From NCBI GenBank assembly GCA_002070215.1, contig MWCV01000004.1:19407-83406 (forward strand): a stretch of 64,000 nt of DNA. Reading direction: 5' to 3'. Positions 9,150 to 20,065 of the stretch are shown here, in pieces. The position numbers were made by a program, and so were the translations under genes. This DNA comes from Chloroflexi bacterium ADurb.Bin180 (GTDB taxonomy: Bacteria > Chloroflexota > Anaerolineae > UBA2200). The stretch's first letter is position 1, and every line of letters begins with the position of its first letter. The notes under the pieces were generated by a model. The model ran no database searches and had not been told where the DNA came from. It saw only the letters and a list, made by a program, of their open reading frames with translations.

Positions 9150-11261
9150 GTGATTCAAGAGACGCTGCTTCTCTGGGCACTGGTAAGCGTGTCCCTGTTC
9201 AATACGATCCTGTTGCTGTGGCTGGGGCTCACGCTCTGGCTCACGGCGGACCGGCGCAGCCCGGGAGTAGTGATCACCAGTATTGGCTTTTTCCTCGGCA
9301 GCGCTTCTTTCATCAGCCACGCCGCCTTGCTGCTGAGCCCCGGCTTGCAGCTCACGCGCAGTACGACCCTCTGGCTCGCTGCAGGAATGACCCCGGTGGT
9401 GCTGTTGCCTTACGTCTGGTACATCGTTCTGCTCTGGTACAATGGATTCTGGACCGCGCCCGCCGGCGAGCTACGCCGAAGGCAGCTGCCCTGGCTATGG
9501 GTTGCTTCAGGGGTGATGATCGCCGGACTAGTCTGCCTGGGTCTGCTGGGCGTGCCGTTTGTACCTGTCCTCAGAGAGCTGACGCCTCTCCTCTGGCCCT
9601 TGCGTGAGTTCATAAAAACCCCGCTTCTTGGCGTTCCGCTGGTGGCGCTCGGGTTCTCGCTCTACGTGCTGCTCTGCGTGGTCCTGTCTCTCGATGCTAC
9701 CTGGCACCCCGGGGGCTCGGGGCGCGTTCTGGGCGAAGTGGGTCGGGAGCGTGCTCGGCCCTGGCTGATTGTGGCTACTCTTCTGCTGCTCGTCGTAGGA
9801 GTGCTGGTGGCGGTGGTAGTGCTCTGGACGGTGACTCACACCAAGGTGGGCGGATACTACATTCTGACGCCGAACAGGATGGACGTCATCGGCCGATTCG
9901 ACCTGGCCGTCTCCCTGCTTATCGGTGGTGTGACCGTGTTGCTCGGGCAGGCCATGACCGCCTACGAACTGTTCACCGGCAAGGCGCTGCCGCGTCAGGG
10001 TCTGTCCAGGCAGTGGCAGCGGGCTGCCGGGCTGGCAGCCAGCTATGGCTTGCTGATGGGCGGTGCCCTGGTCTGGGGACTGGATGAAGTCTACGCCATC
10101 CTGCTGACCGCTGTGCTGATGACGGCGTTCTTTGCCCTTCAGGCCTGGCGCTCGTTTGCCGAGTGGGAGCACGGCATGAGGCAGCTACGGCCGTTTGTGG
10201 TCAGCCAGCGCTGGTATGAGTCTCTGGTCAACCGCGATGCGGTGGCTCTCGACACCGCCGATCCATTTGAGGCCCTCTGCTCGAGCGTGCTCAATGCTTC
10301 GGTGGCCTATCTCATTCCCCAGGGAGCAACGGCGGCTCTCGTGGCGCCAATGGCCTTCCCAGGCGGTTCGACCGCAAACCTGCCCAGTCTGTCGGGACAC
10401 GCCGCGGCGGATAACCCTCTGGTCGTGGCAGTCGACCCCAACACGCACTCTGGAGCGTCCTGGGCAGTTCCGCTGTGGAGCGCCAGAGGGCTGATTGGTG
10501 TGTTGCTGCTGGGGCAGCGCAAGGATGGCAGTCTGTACACGCAGGAAGAGGTGGAGATCGCGCGCGCTACGGGCGAGCGGATCATCGATACGGCCTCCAG
10601 TCTGGCTGTGTCGCAAAAGCTGATGCAGTTGCAGCGCGAGCGTATGGCCAGTGCCCAGTTGCTGGACCAGCGCACCAGGCGCGCCCTTCATGACGACGTT
10701 TTGCCGTCAGTTCATGCGGCGATGCTCGCCCTCAATGCGGGACGAGATTCGAGCGGTATCGTTCAGCAGTTATCGGAGGTCCATCAGAAGCTGGCAGAGC
10801 TGCTTCACGAGCTGCCACCAACCGTGGCCCCGGAGATTACGCGCCTGGGCCTGATCGCGGCCCTGCGCCGGTCGGTGCAGGTCGAGTTCGGGCAGTTCTT
10901 CCAGGATGTGCAGTGGGATGTAGAGCCGGGTGCTGAAGAGCAGACCGGCGCCCTGTCGCCAGCGGCGGCGGAGGTGGTCTACTTTGCCGCACGCGAGCTG
11001 GTGCGCAATGCGGCCAAGCACTCTCGCCCAGAGGCCGGGCCGGAGAATCGACGGCTGAGAATCGCTGCTCGAGCGGCCGATGGTTCGCTGCGAATCATCG
11101 TGGAGGACAACGGCGCCACCTGGCCGGCCGAGCCGAGCGGCGTTGGTCAAGGACTGTCGCTCCATGGCACCATGATGGCTGTGGTGGGTGGGACGCTCTC
11201 TATCGAGCGCGACCTGTCGGCCACGCGGGGGATCCTCTCCATTCCCCTCCAGGTCTCGTGA
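9150..11261 (+). CDS. membrane sensor histidine kinase (multi-TM N-terminus, GAF-like, HisKA_3, HATPase_c)
   Basis: About 10 hydrophobic helices and a GAF-like end (GLIGVLLLGQRKDGSLYTQEEVEI). H-box RRALHDDVLPSV, N-box ELVRNAAKH, and DNG...GQGL. Starts 2 nt after the regulator's stop. Confidence 0.8.
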   Translation: MIQETLLLWALVSVSLFNTILLLWLGLTLWLTADRRSPGVVITSIGFFLGSASFISHAALLLSPGLQLTRSTTLWLAAGMTPVVLLPYVWYIVLLWYNGFWTAPAGELRRRQLPWLWVASGVMIAGLVCLGLLGVPFVPVLRELTPLLWPLREFIKTPLLGVPLVALGFSLYVLLCVVLSLDATWHPGGSGRVLGEVGRERARPWLIVATLLLLVVGVLVAVVVLWTVTHTKVGGYYILTPNRMDVIGRFDLAVSLLIGGVTVLLGQAMTAYELFTGKALPRQGLSRQWQRAAGLAASYGLLMGGALVWGLDEVYAILLTAVLMTAFFALQAWRSFAEWEHGMRQLRPFVVSQRWYESLVNRDAVALDTADPFEALCSSVLNASVAYLIPQGATAALVAPMAFPGGSTANLPSLSGHAAADNPLVVAVDPNTHSGASWAVPLWSARGLIGVLLLGQRKDGSLYTQEEVEIARATGERIIDTASSLAVSQKLMQLQRERMASAQLLDQRTRRALHDDVLPSVHAAMLALNAGRDSSGIVQQLSEVHQKLAELLHELPPTVAPEITRLGLIAALRRSVQVEFGQFFQDVQWDVEPGAEEQTGALSPAAAEVVYFAARELVRNAAKHSRPEAGPENRRLRIAARAADGSLRIIVEDNGATWPAEPSGVGQGLSLHGTMMAVVGGTLSIERDLSATRGILSIPLQVS

Positions 11262-11275
11262 CGCGCTGAGAAGCT

Positions 11276-11304
11276 TTGACTCCCCCTTGCCCCTCGGCTA
11301 TACT
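11276..11304 (+). promoter_or_regulatory. sigma70-type promoter of mutS
   Basis: TTGACT (11276-11281), 17 nt spacer, TATACT (11299-11304). AGAGGGG Shine-Dalgarno precedes ATG 11340. Confidence 0.55.
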
Positions 11305-11339
11305 GGCGTAGCCGATCTCCAGCGCACAAAGAGGGGCGC

Positions 11340-13931
11340 ATGACCACGCCAGTTCGCAGCCAGTATCTGCGCATCAAGAAACGTTTCCCCGATACCATCG
11401 TGTTTTTCCGCCTGGGCGACTTTTACGAGACCTTTGACGATGACGCCCGCCTGGTGTCAGAGGTCTGCGAAATCGTCCTGACCTCCCGGCCGGTCGGCAA
11501 GGGCGAGCGGGTGCCTCTGGCCGGTGTTCCCTATCATGCCGTCGACAGCTATCTGGCCAGGCTAATCTCAGCCGGGTACAAAGTGGCCATCGTCGAGCAG
11601 ACGGAGGAACAGGAAGAGAAGCGGCTCATGGCGCGCGAGGTGGTGCGAGTGGTCACACCGGGCACGGTGCTCGAGCCGGCGCTGCTGGAGGAAAAGCGCA
11701 ACAACTATCTCGCGGCGCTGGTGAACGAAGGAGGCCGAATCGGGCTGGCCTTTGTCGACATCACCACGGGCGAGTTCCGCACCACGCAGTTTGATGGCTC
11801 CGATGCCATTCAGGAATGCGAGCAGGAGCTGGCCAGGCTCGCCCCGGCGGAAGTGCTGGTTGACGAAAAGGCGGTTCTCCCTCCGCGGTGGGCTGAAGCA
11901 CACCACTGGACAGTCTACCCGCGATGGCATTTTGACCAGGACAACGCCGAACGTGCCCTGCTGAGCCACTTTGGCGTTAGTTCTCTTCGGGGCTATGGCT
12001 GTTCCTCGGCACCGTTCGCCGTGGCGGCTGCGGGCGCGATCGTGCAGTACCTGGAGGAAACGCAAAAGGCCGCCCTGCAGCAGCTCGTGACGCTTTCGAC
12101 CTATTCAACGCAATCCTTTATGACCCTTGATGCGGCGACCAGGCGCAACCTGGAACTCACCTCCACCATTCGTGGCGGGTCAGCCAGGGGCTCGCTGTTG
12201 GGCGTGCTGGACGATACGCGCACCGCGATGGGCGCACGCCTGCTGCGTCAGTGGGTCAGCCAGCCCTTGCTGGAGGTTTCGGCTCTCGTGGCCCGGCAGA
12301 CCGGCGTACAGGCTTTGGTGGACGATGTCGCCCGGCGCACTGCCCTGCGCAGCCAGCTCAAGGAAGTGGGCGACCTGGAAAGGCTCATCAGTCGCACCGT
12401 GCAGAAAGTGGCCGGCCCACGCGAGTTGATGGCTTTGCGCGATTCGCTGGCCGCGGTTGAGCACATCATCGCGGGTCTGCAGGGACTGGAGCCATCAGAG
12501 GCGCAAGCCTTGCCCATCCACAAGCTGGATGCCTGCCCCGAGGCGGCGAGCGTCATCACGCAGGCCATCGTGGCTGACCCGCCGGCGACTCTGGCCGCCG
12601 GCGGGGGGATCGCTCCCGGGTTCTCGGCCGAGCTGGATGCTGTGCTGGGTGCCTCGAACGGGGCCAAGAGCTGGGTAGCGGGACTGGAACGTCAGGAACG
12701 CGAGCGGACTGGAATCCGCACTCTCAAGGTGGGCTACAACAAGGTCTTTGGCTACTACATCGAGGTGACCAAACCGAACCTGGATGCAGTGCCCAAGGAC
12801 TATGTGCGCAAGCAGACGTTGGTCAACGCGGAGCGTTTCATCACGCCGGAGCTGAAGGAGCAAGAGTCGCTCATTCTGAACGCCGAGGAGCGTCGGGATG
12901 AACTGGAACGGCAGATCTATGGTCAGGTGCTGACGCAGGTTTCGTCATATGCCGGGCGTATCGCGGCCACAGCTCAAGCCATCGCTGCGATCGACGTCTC
13001 CGCCGCGCTGGCCGAGGTGGCCCAGCGCAATCGCTACGTCCGTCCGACGCTGAACGACAGCGGGACCGTGCGTATCGTCGGTGGCCGGCATCCGGTGGTG
13101 GAGCTCATGCTTCACGACGAGCCCTTTGTGCCCAATGACACCCTGCTGTCGCCGCAAGAGACCATCCTGGTCATCACCGGACCGAACATGTCCGGTAAGA
13201 GTACCTACTTGCGGCAGGTCGCCCTGATTGTGCTGATGGCGCAGATCGGCTCCTTCGTGCCCGCGACGTCAGCCGAGATTGGTCTGGTCGACCGCATCTT
13301 TACGCGGGTGGGTGCCCAGGACGAGATCAGTGCCGGCCAGAGCACCTTCATGGTCGAAATGGTCGAGACGGCCAACATCCTCAATCATGCCACCGGCAAG
13401 AGCCTGCTCATCCTGGACGAAATCGGCCGCGGGACGAGCACCTACGACGGGATTTCTATCGCCTGGGCGGTGGTGGAGTACATCCACAATCACCCTCGTC
13501 TCCAGGCCAAAACCCTCTTTGCGACGCACTACCACGAGCTGATCGAGCTGGCGCGCTTCCTGCCGCGTATCCGCAACTTTAACGTGGCTGTGGCTGAGGA
13601 AGGGGACAGGGTCGTCTTCCTGCGTCGGATTGTGCCCGGCGGGGCGGACCGCAGCTATGGTATCCATGTGGCGCAGATGGCCGGGCTGCCCAGGACGGTA
13701 GTGCATAGGGCCGAGGAGATCCTGCACAATCTGGAGCAGGAGCTGCAGCGGTCTCCGGCCGGGAGTCTACCCCGACGAGTGAGTGAGGCCCAGCAGTTGC
13801 CGCTGTTCGAAACGGGGAGCCCTGCGCTGGAGGAACTGCGCGAACTGGATGTGAGCGCAATGTCGCCGCTGGAGGCCATCAACAAGCTGTTTGAGCTGCA
13901 GGGCCTGGCCAAGCGCCAGCAATCTCGATAG
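11340..13931 (+). CDS. mutS: DNA mismatch repair protein MutS
   Basis: N-terminal TPVRSQYLRIKKRFPD...FFRLGDFYE, Walker A GPNMSGKST, and STFMVEM...DEIGRGTSTYDG. Confidence 0.95.
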   Translation: MTTPVRSQYLRIKKRFPDTIVFFRLGDFYETFDDDARLVSEVCEIVLTSRPVGKGERVPLAGVPYHAVDSYLARLISAGYKVAIVEQTEEQEEKRLMAREVVRVVTPGTVLEPALLEEKRNNYLAALVNEGGRIGLAFVDITTGEFRTTQFDGSDAIQECEQELARLAPAEVLVDEKAVLPPRWAEAHHWTVYPRWHFDQDNAERALLSHFGVSSLRGYGCSSAPFAVAAAGAIVQYLEETQKAALQQLVTLSTYSTQSFMTLDAATRRNLELTSTIRGGSARGSLLGVLDDTRTAMGARLLRQWVSQPLLEVSALVARQTGVQALVDDVARRTALRSQLKEVGDLERLISRTVQKVAGPRELMALRDSLAAVEHIIAGLQGLEPSEAQALPIHKLDACPEAASVITQAIVADPPATLAAGGGIAPGFSAELDAVLGASNGAKSWVAGLERQERERTGIRTLKVGYNKVFGYYIEVTKPNLDAVPKDYVRKQTLVNAERFITPELKEQESLILNAEERRDELERQIYGQVLTQVSSYAGRIAATAQAIAAIDVSAALAEVAQRNRYVRPTLNDSGTVRIVGGRHPVVELMLHDEPFVPNDTLLSPQETILVITGPNMSGKSTYLRQVALIVLMAQIGSFVPATSAEIGLVDRIFTRVGAQDEISAGQSTFMVEMVETANILNHATGKSLLILDEIGRGTSTYDGISIAWAVVEYIHNHPRLQAKTLFATHYHELIELARFLPRIRNFNVAVAEEGDRVVFLRRIVPGGADRSYGIHVAQMAGLPRTVVHRAEEILHNLEQELQRSPAGSLPRRVSEAQQLPLFETGSPALEELRELDVSAMSPLEAINKLFELQGLAKRQQSR

Positions 13932-13949
13932 GATGTAGAGGAGAGACAG

Positions 13950-14762
13950 GTGATCGATGCTCTGACGAGGTGCGGGCCGGTACTGGCCGCACTGCTGGCC
14001 ACGCTTTTCACTTGGGGGCTCACGGCGCTCGGTGCTGCGGCGGTGTTTGTCGCCCGTGATTTCTCCAAGCGCACCATGGACACAATGCTCGGCTTTGCGG
14101 CAGGGGTGATGATCGCCGCGTCCTACTGGTCCCTGCTGGCCCCGGCCATCGAGATGTCGCAGGGCGGCAGCGTCCCCGCCTGGTTTCCCGCACTGGTGGG
14201 TTTCATCGCGGGCGGCGTGTTTCTGCGAGGGATCGACCTGGTGCTGCCGCACCTTCACCCTGGTGCGCCGGAATGTGAGGCGGAGGGCCTGCCCAGTACG
14301 TTCAAGCGTATCACGCTGCTGGTGCTGGCCATTACAATGCACAACTTTCCCGAGGGGCTGGCGGTTGGCGTGGCGTTTGGCGCTACCGCAGCGGGACTGC
14401 CCTCAGCCAACATGGCGGGGGCCATAGCGTTGGCCCTCGGCATTGGCATCCAGAACTTTCCAGAGGGCATGGCGGTATCCATGCCGCTGCGGCGCGAAGG
14501 GATGTCACCGGTCAAGAGCTTTTGGTACGGCCAGCTCTCTGCGGTCGTGGAGCCAATCGCGGCGGTCATCGGGGCAGCGGCGGTGCTGGTGGCACAGCCC
14601 ATCCTGCCCTATGCTCTGGCCTTTGCCGCCGGAGCGATGATCTTTGTCGTGGTCGAAGAGCTGATACCCGAGTCGCAGCGCGGCGGAAACACGGACTGGG
14701 CTACGATGGGCGCCATGCTCGGTTTTGCGGCGATGATGGTGCTGGACGTGGGTCTGGGCTGA
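13950..14762 (+). CDS. ZIP-family divalent metal transporter (ZupT-like)
   Basis: Paired [10 protein letters not shown] / [10 protein letters not shown] metal-binding helices in an 8-TM layout. GTG start follows GAGGAGAG. Confidence 0.8.
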   Translation: MIDALTRCGPVLAALLATLFTWGLTALGAAAVFVARDFSKRTMDTMLGFAAGVMIAASYWSLLAPAIEMSQGGSVPAWFPALVGFIAGGVFLRGIDLVLPHLHPGAPECEAEGLPSTFKRITLLVLAITMHNFPEGLAVGVAFGATAAGLPSANMAGAIALALGIGIQNFPEGMAVSMPLRREGMSPVKSFWYGQLSAVVEPIAAVIGAAAVLVAQPILPYALAFAAGAMIFVVVEELIPESQRGGNTDWATMGAMLGFAAMMVLDVGLG

Positions 14763-14778
14763 CCGGAGACGATGAAGG

Positions 14779-15753
14779 TTACTTGGCCAGAGCGTCGGCC
14801 AGCTTGAGAAGACTCAAGTCTAGGCACTTCTTGGTCGCCGCGACCTCAGCCAGCGGCGTGGCCTGGATCTCGCCGTGCAGCAAGCCCATCAGGATACCGT
14901 GTTCGCCAGCGGCGAGCCGTTGCACAGCCGCCGCGCCAAGGCGGGTGGCCAGCAGTCTATCGTAAGCGCCGGGCGCGCCGCCCCGTTGCACGTGCCCCAA
15001 CGTGGTGGCCCTCAGCTCAAACCCCAGTCTCTCCCGATGAACCTTAAAGTACTCCAGCAAGCCCTCGGCGTTGTATTTGGCTCCTTCGGCGACAACGATG
15101 ATGGCGTGTGACTTGCCCCGGCGATAGCTGTCGCGCAGCTCGGTGGCGATCGCCTCGGGATCGCTTTCCACCTCGGGGATGACCACGGCTTCGGCGCCGC
15201 CAGCGATGGCCGACATCAAGGCCAGATAGCCGCAGTCTCGGCCCATCACCTCGACGATGAACGCCCGCTGATGTGAAGAGGCGGTCACCTTGAGCCGGTC
15301 AATCGCCTCCAGAGCGATGTTGAGGGCGGTGTCCACGCCGATGGTGATCTCTGACCCGTACAAGTCGTTGTCGATGGTAGACGCCACTCCCACTACAGGA
15401 AAGCCCATCTCTGAAAGGGCGTTGGCGCCGGCCTGCGAGCCGTTGCCGCCGATCACTACCAGGGCGTCAATGTCGTGTTGAGCAAGCGCTCGCAGCGCCC
15501 GCTCGCGGCCTTCGATGGTGCGGAACTCGGGGCAGCGGGCGCTGCCCAGGATGGTGCCGCCCTGCTGGATGATGCCGCTGACACTGCGGGCGCTGAAGGG
15601 TTCGATGTCGCCCGCAATCAGCCCGGCATAGCCCTGGGACACCGCGGAGACACGCAGATTCAGGGCCAGACTGGTGCGAGTGACCGAGCGGATGGCGGCG
15701 TTCATGCCCGGAGCATCACCACCACTGGTCAAGACAGCAATATGGTTCATCAT
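14779..15753 (-). CDS. pfkA: ATP-dependent 6-phosphofructokinase
   Basis: IAVLTSGGDAPGMNAAIRSV, VIGGNGS, TIDNDL and MGRDCG motifs. ATG 15753 directly follows GGAGGG, and the 15945 start in the ORF track is an extension. Confidence 0.9.
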   Translation of the reverse strand: MMNHIAVLTSGGDAPGMNAAIRSVTRTSLALNLRVSAVSQGYAGLIAGDIEPFSARSVSGIIQQGGTILGSARCPEFRTIEGRERALRALAQHDIDALVVIGGNGSQAGANALSEMGFPVVGVASTIDNDLYGSEITIGVDTALNIALEAIDRLKVTASSHQRAFIVEVMGRDCGYLALMSAIAGGAEAVVIPEVESDPEAIATELRDSYRRGKSHAIIVVAEGAKYNAEGLLEYFKVHRERLGFELRATTLGHVQRGGAPGAYDRLLATRLGAAAVQRLAAGEHGILMGLLHGEIQATPLAEVAATKKCLDLSLLKLADALAK

Positions 15754-15845
15754 GCCCTCCGTACGGTCGCCAACGCTGAAGGCGAGTCGCAGCGACCGCT
15801 GCCAACGGCGAGTATAGCCGCGTGTGGCTGCGGGGTCAACCAGCC

Positions 15846-15875
15846 TTGGGTCTTGGGCCTGCGATGGGCTATAAT
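15846..15875 (+). promoter_or_regulatory. candidate sigma70-type promoter of gyrA
   Basis: TTGGGT (15846-15851), 18 nt spacer, TATAAT (15870-15875), 38 nt upstream of ATG 15914. Confidence 0.4.
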
Positions 15876-15913
15876 CGTCTATCTTCGCGGTGCTAGAGAG
15901 GCAGGTTCCAGCA

Positions 15914-18463
15914 ATGGAAGTAGGCATCGTCAGGCAAGTTGACATAGAACACGAGATGAGAACGGCGTACCTGGATTACGCTATGAGCGTAATCACCGCA
16001 CGTGCTCTCCCCGATGTTCGTGACGGTTTGAAACCCGTGCAGCGGCGAATCCTCTACGCCATGGAGGATATGGGCCTGCAGCACGACAAGCCCTACAAGA
16101 AAAGCGCCCGCATCGTGGGAGAAGTGCTGGGCAAGTACCATCCTCACGGCGATATGGCGGTCTATGATGCTATGACCCGGTTGGCGCAGGACTTTACGAT
16201 GCGTTATCCCCTGGTGGACGGCCAGGGCAACTTTGGCTCGGTCGACGGAGACAACCCGGCGGCCATGCGCTACACCGAGGCAAGGTTGTCGGCCGTTGCG
16301 GCCGAGTTGCTGGCGGATCTCGACAAGGACACGGTCGACTTTAGCGACAACTTTGACGGTACGCTGAAGGAACCGACGGTGCTTCCCGCCCGTCTGCCGA
16401 ACCTGCTGCTCAACGGGGCTTCGGGCATCGCGGTAGGGATGGCCACCAATGTGCCACCGCACAACCTGAGCGAGCTGGCGGACGCCATTGCCTACCTGGT
16501 TGACAACTGGCGTCGGGTAGAGTCGGTGGCGGTTGATGAGCTGCTTGACCTGGTGAAGGGCCCCGACTTTCCTACCGGCGGCACGATCCTCGGCCTGGAG
16601 GGTATCCGCGGCGCTTATGCCACCGGGGCAGGCAATGTCGTGGTGCGGGCCAAAGCGCACTTTGAGGACGCTGGCGGAGGCAAGTCGCTGATCATCGTCA
16701 CCGAGCTGCCCTATCAGGTAGGCAAGGCGGCCCTGATCGAAAAGATCGCCGAGCTGGTGCGCGAGAAAAAGATCGATACGATCTCGGACCTGCGCGACGA
16801 GTCGGACCGCCAGGGCATGCGAATGGTGGTCGAGTTAAAGCGGGGGGCAGAACCCAGACCGACGCTGATGGATCTCTACCGCTACACGCCGATGCAGAGC
16901 ACCTTCAATGCCAATATGCTGGCGCTGGTCGATGGCGAGCCGCGGGTCCTGTCGCTGCGCCGCGCTCTGCAGTTGTTCATCGAGCACCGTCAGGAGGTTA
17001 TCACCCGGCGCACGCGCTTTGAGCTGGAGCGGGCCAGGATGCACGCTCATATTCTGGAAGGCTTGACCAAGGCCCTCGACCACCTGGATGCCGTGATCAA
17101 GACCATCCGTGAGTCTCAGACGGCCGACACGGCGCGACAGAATTTGATGACCAGGTTCAAGTTTAGCGAGATTCAGGCCCAGGCCATTCTCGACCTGCAA
17201 CTGCGCCGGCTGGCAGCGCTCGAGCGGAAAAAGATCGAGCAAGAGTATGCCGACACACTAAAGCGAATCGAGTATCTGGAGAACCTGCTGGCCAACCCCA
17301 AGAAGATCCTGGGGCTGGTCAAGTCCGAGGCCCTGGAGCTAAAGGAGCGCTACGGCGATGCACGTCGCACGCGCATCTCGGCCAAAGAGGCAGAACAGAT
17401 CCAGGTACAGGACCTGATTCCCGAGCAAGACACCTACGTGGGGATCACCCAGAAGGGGCAGATTCGCCGCGCGGCGGAAGCTGGCGAGTTCTTCTCGGCG
17501 ACCGGACGCGATGCCACGGTCGGACTTGCTGCCACGAACACCCTGCACAGCGTGCTGCTCTGCACCGACAAGGGACGTTGCTTCACCCTGCAGGTGCATC
17601 AAGTACCCGAGTCGCAAACCGGCGGAGTACCGCTGGCGAACGTGCTGAACCTCGAGCCAGATGAGTCGGTGCGGGCGCTTGTCGCCGCGCCATCGTTTGC
17701 CGAGGGTGCTTTTCTGACCCTTTGTACCAGCCTCGGGCGCGTGAAGCGCATCGCCATCAGCGAGTTTGCCTCGGTCAGGGCCGGAGGGCTCATCGCGATT
17801 GGCCTTGAGCCGGGCGACGAGCTCAGATTCGCTCTCGTAACCTCCGGCGGCCAGGAATTGACCATCGTGACTGCGGGGGGCCAGGCGCTGCGCTTTGGCG
17901 AGGATGAGGTGCGCCCGATGGGCCGCGGAGCCGGCGGCGTGAACGGGATCAAACTCGACGAGGGCGATGAAGTGGTCGCCCTGAACTTGGTCAAGCCCGG
18001 AGCGGCCCTCGCTGTGGTGAGCGAAAAGGGCTGGGCGAAGCGGACGCCACTGGCCGAGTACCCACTGCAGGGCAGATATGGCAAGGGAGTGGTGGCGCTG
18101 CCAGCCAAGTACCTTGCGCAGACCGGCAAACTTGTAGCGGCCACGGTGGTGGCTGAGGGGGATGATCTCGGCGTGGCTACCTCCAGTGGAGCAACCATAC
18201 GAATGGCTGCCGGCACAGTCGGTGTGGCCGGGCGGGCTCTGCGCGGGTCGCCTCTGCGCGGCCTGCGCTCCTCAGAGCGAGTGATAGCGATGGTGGCGGT
18301 GCCAGGACGTGCCCAGACCGCTGGCGCTTCTCCAGCCACCAAGGCCAAACCCGAGCCGGCCACCAGGGTCAAGAAGGCCTCCACTACCAGTCGGCCCAGG
18401 CCCAAGGCGCCGGCGAAGACAGCGTCAACGGCCGCGTCGAAGAGGAAGCGGAAGAGCCGCTAG
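15914..18463 (+). CDS. gyrA: DNA gyrase subunit A with a Lys/Arg/Ala/Pro-rich C-terminal tail
   Basis: [30 protein letters not shown], and active-site [11 protein letters not shown]-terminal beta-pinwheel repeats are present, and the tail ends ...[19 protein letters not shown]. Confidence 0.95.
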   Translation: MEVGIVRQVDIEHEMRTAYLDYAMSVITARALPDVRDGLKPVQRRILYAMEDMGLQHDKPYKKSARIVGEVLGKYHPHGDMAVYDAMTRLAQDFTMRYPLVDGQGNFGSVDGDNPAAMRYTEARLSAVAAELLADLDKDTVDFSDNFDGTLKEPTVLPARLPNLLLNGASGIAVGMATNVPPHNLSELADAIAYLVDNWRRVESVAVDELLDLVKGPDFPTGGTILGLEGIRGAYATGAGNVVVRAKAHFEDAGGGKSLIIVTELPYQVGKAALIEKIAELVREKKIDTISDLRDESDRQGMRMVVELKRGAEPRPTLMDLYRYTPMQSTFNANMLALVDGEPRVLSLRRALQLFIEHRQEVITRRTRFELERARMHAHILEGLTKALDHLDAVIKTIRESQTADTARQNLMTRFKFSEIQAQAILDLQLRRLAALERKKIEQEYADTLKRIEYLENLLANPKKILGLVKSEALELKERYGDARRTRISAKEAEQIQVQDLIPEQDTYVGITQKGQIRRAAEAGEFFSATGRDATVGLAATNTLHSVLLCTDKGRCFTLQVHQVPESQTGGVPLANVLNLEPDESVRALVAAPSFAEGAFLTLCTSLGRVKRIAISEFASVRAGGLIAIGLEPGDELRFALVTSGGQELTIVTAGGQALRFGEDEVRPMGRGAGGVNGIKLDEGDEVVALNLVKPGAALAVVSEKGWAKRTPLAEYPLQGRYGKGVVALPAKYLAQTGKLVAATVVAEGDDLGVATSSGATIRMAAGTVGVAGRALRGSPLRGLRSSERVIAMVAVPGRAQTAGASPATKAKPEPATRVKKASTTSRPRPKAPAKTASTAASKRKRKSR

Positions 18464-18534
18464 CGGTTTGCTTGGCAAGTCGCGTCGACAGCGGGCAGCC
18501 GGGCGAGCGCAGGGGTGAGGTGACAGAGGCAGCC

Positions 18535-19896
18535 ATGAATGTTCGAGAACTGATCAGGAGAGGTCCCGGCCAACTGCTCGAGTTCTTTCTTGACCCGGAG
18601 GCTGAGACGCTGGCGGAAACGTTGGTGTCGCTGGCCAATGCTGACGGCGGGACAATCCTCGTCGGGCTTGATGCCAGCGGAGAACAACAGCGGGATCTGG
18701 CTCCGGAGCACCTGGAGGCAGTGCTCACTCACGCCCAGGGCCTCTGCCGGCCAATCGTGGCCTGCGACTGGCAACCATTGGAAGCTGACGGCAATCCGGT
18801 CACGGCGATCATCGTCCCTCGGAGCCCGGACCTGCACAGCCTCAGCGACGGAAGGGTTCTTCTGCGGTCAGGGAGCAGAAATCGCCCCCTCAGCGGAGAA
18901 GAAATCCGGCATCTGGCGTCAGCCAAGGGGACGGGCGATTTCGAGCAACAGCCAAGTTCGGCCTCACTGGCCGACCTCGATGAGCAGCTCATCGCCGACT
19001 TTGCCGGCCGGCGCAGGCAGCGTGGGGCCCGCGGAGAAAAGCTCGAGGGCTCGGCACTGCTCGAAGACAGCGGAGCCATCGGACCCGGCGCCACGCCCAC
19101 CATGGCCGGGCTGCTGCTCTTTGGCCGCGAGCCGCAGCGCTTTCTCCCACAGGCCGGGGCGGTGCTGGTGCACTTTGCCGGCACTTCAGCGGGCGGCCGA
19201 GATGGCCAGCCAGGATACTCCAGGCGAGAAGAGGTCGACGGCCCTATGGGGCGCGTCATTGAGCGCCTGTGGGAGCTCATTCAGGAAGAGATGAGGCACG
19301 CCTCGGTCATCAACGGGCTGCGCCGTGAAGAGCAGCCAGAGTATCCGCTGCCCGCAGTGCGCGAAGCAGTGGTGAACGCTGTGGCCCACCGCGACTATCG
19401 GCTGGCCGGCCGGCGCATTGAAGTGCGCATGTTTGACGACCGGCTGGAGATCATCAGCCCCGGCGGGCTGCCTGGCCACATCACCCTGGACAACATCGTC
19501 GAAGAGCATTTCTCCCGCAACCCTCGACTGGTGAAGGGGCTGTACTACTGGGGTTTTATCGAAGAGCTGGGGCTGGGTATCGACCGGATGATCGACGAGA
19601 TGTTGCAGGCCGGCCACCCCGCACCGCAGTTCGAGGCTACGCCGTTCACCTTCAAAGTGACCCTGTACAACGCCCGCGAGCGTGCGGCGAGCAAATGGGA
19701 GACACTGCTCTCGGAGCGACAGCTCAAGGCGCTCCACTACCTCCGCGACCACGACCGCATCACGAATCGTGAGTACCACGAGCTGTGCCCGGACGTCAGC
19801 GCCGAAACCTTGCGCCTTGACCTGGTCGATATGGTTGAGCGAGGCGTTCTCTTGCGAATCGGAGACAAGAAGGGCACCTACTACATCCTCAAGTAG
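18535..19896 (+). CDS. AlbA_2 (Schlafen-type) DNA-binding domain + HATPase_c_4-like + winged-helix protein ('RecG-like' putative regulator)
   Basis: N-terminal LLEFFLDPEAE...LANADGGTILVGLD (AlbA_2-like). REAVVNAVAHRDY...IEV...DRLEIISPGGL (HATPase_c_4-like). C-terminal LKALHYLRDHDRITNREYHEL wHTH. Confidence 0.6.
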   Translation: MNVRELIRRGPGQLLEFFLDPEAETLAETLVSLANADGGTILVGLDASGEQQRDLAPEHLEAVLTHAQGLCRPIVACDWQPLEADGNPVTAIIVPRSPDLHSLSDGRVLLRSGSRNRPLSGEEIRHLASAKGTGDFEQQPSSASLADLDEQLIADFAGRRRQRGARGEKLEGSALLEDSGAIGPGATPTMAGLLLFGREPQRFLPQAGAVLVHFAGTSAGGRDGQPGYSRREEVDGPMGRVIERLWELIQEEMRHASVINGLRREEQPEYPLPAVREAVVNAVAHRDYRLAGRRIEVRMFDDRLEIISPGGLPGHITLDNIVEEHFSRNPRLVKGLYYWGFIEELGLGIDRMIDEMLQAGHPAPQFEATPFTFKVTLYNARERAASKWETLLSERQLKALHYLRDHDRITNREYHELCPDVSAETLRLDLVDMVERGVLLRIGDKKGTYYILK

Positions 19897-19956
19897 GGAG
19901 CCATTTTTCCCAAACGATATCCCAAGTATCCCAAGAGAGGGCCCTCCCTCAGGATT

Positions 19957-19983
19957 TTGCACTGGTGACAAACGGCTTATAAT
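19957..19983 (+). promoter_or_regulatory. possible promoter of hppA
   Basis: TTGCAC (19957-19962) and perfect TATAAT (19978-19983), but the spacer is only 15 nt. Confidence 0.3.
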
Positions 19984-20065
19984 TGCCGTCCTGAACCGCT
20001 GCTGGCCACGGGAAGATGACCAGCATCAACTACCAGAACCACGCGAAAAGTGCGAGGAGGACTCG

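Noticed and set aside
19682-20065. Long N-terminal extensions in the ORF track: hppA from 19682, garR-like from 24488, alaS to 57687, mltG to 53245, pfkA to 15945, flp to 47137, and the peptidase to 42299.
   Set aside because: The extensions overlap neighbouring genes or non-conserved Arg/Pro-rich sequence typical of high-GC read-through. In each case an internal ATG or GTG with a Shine-Dalgarno coincides with the start of the conserved family sequence.
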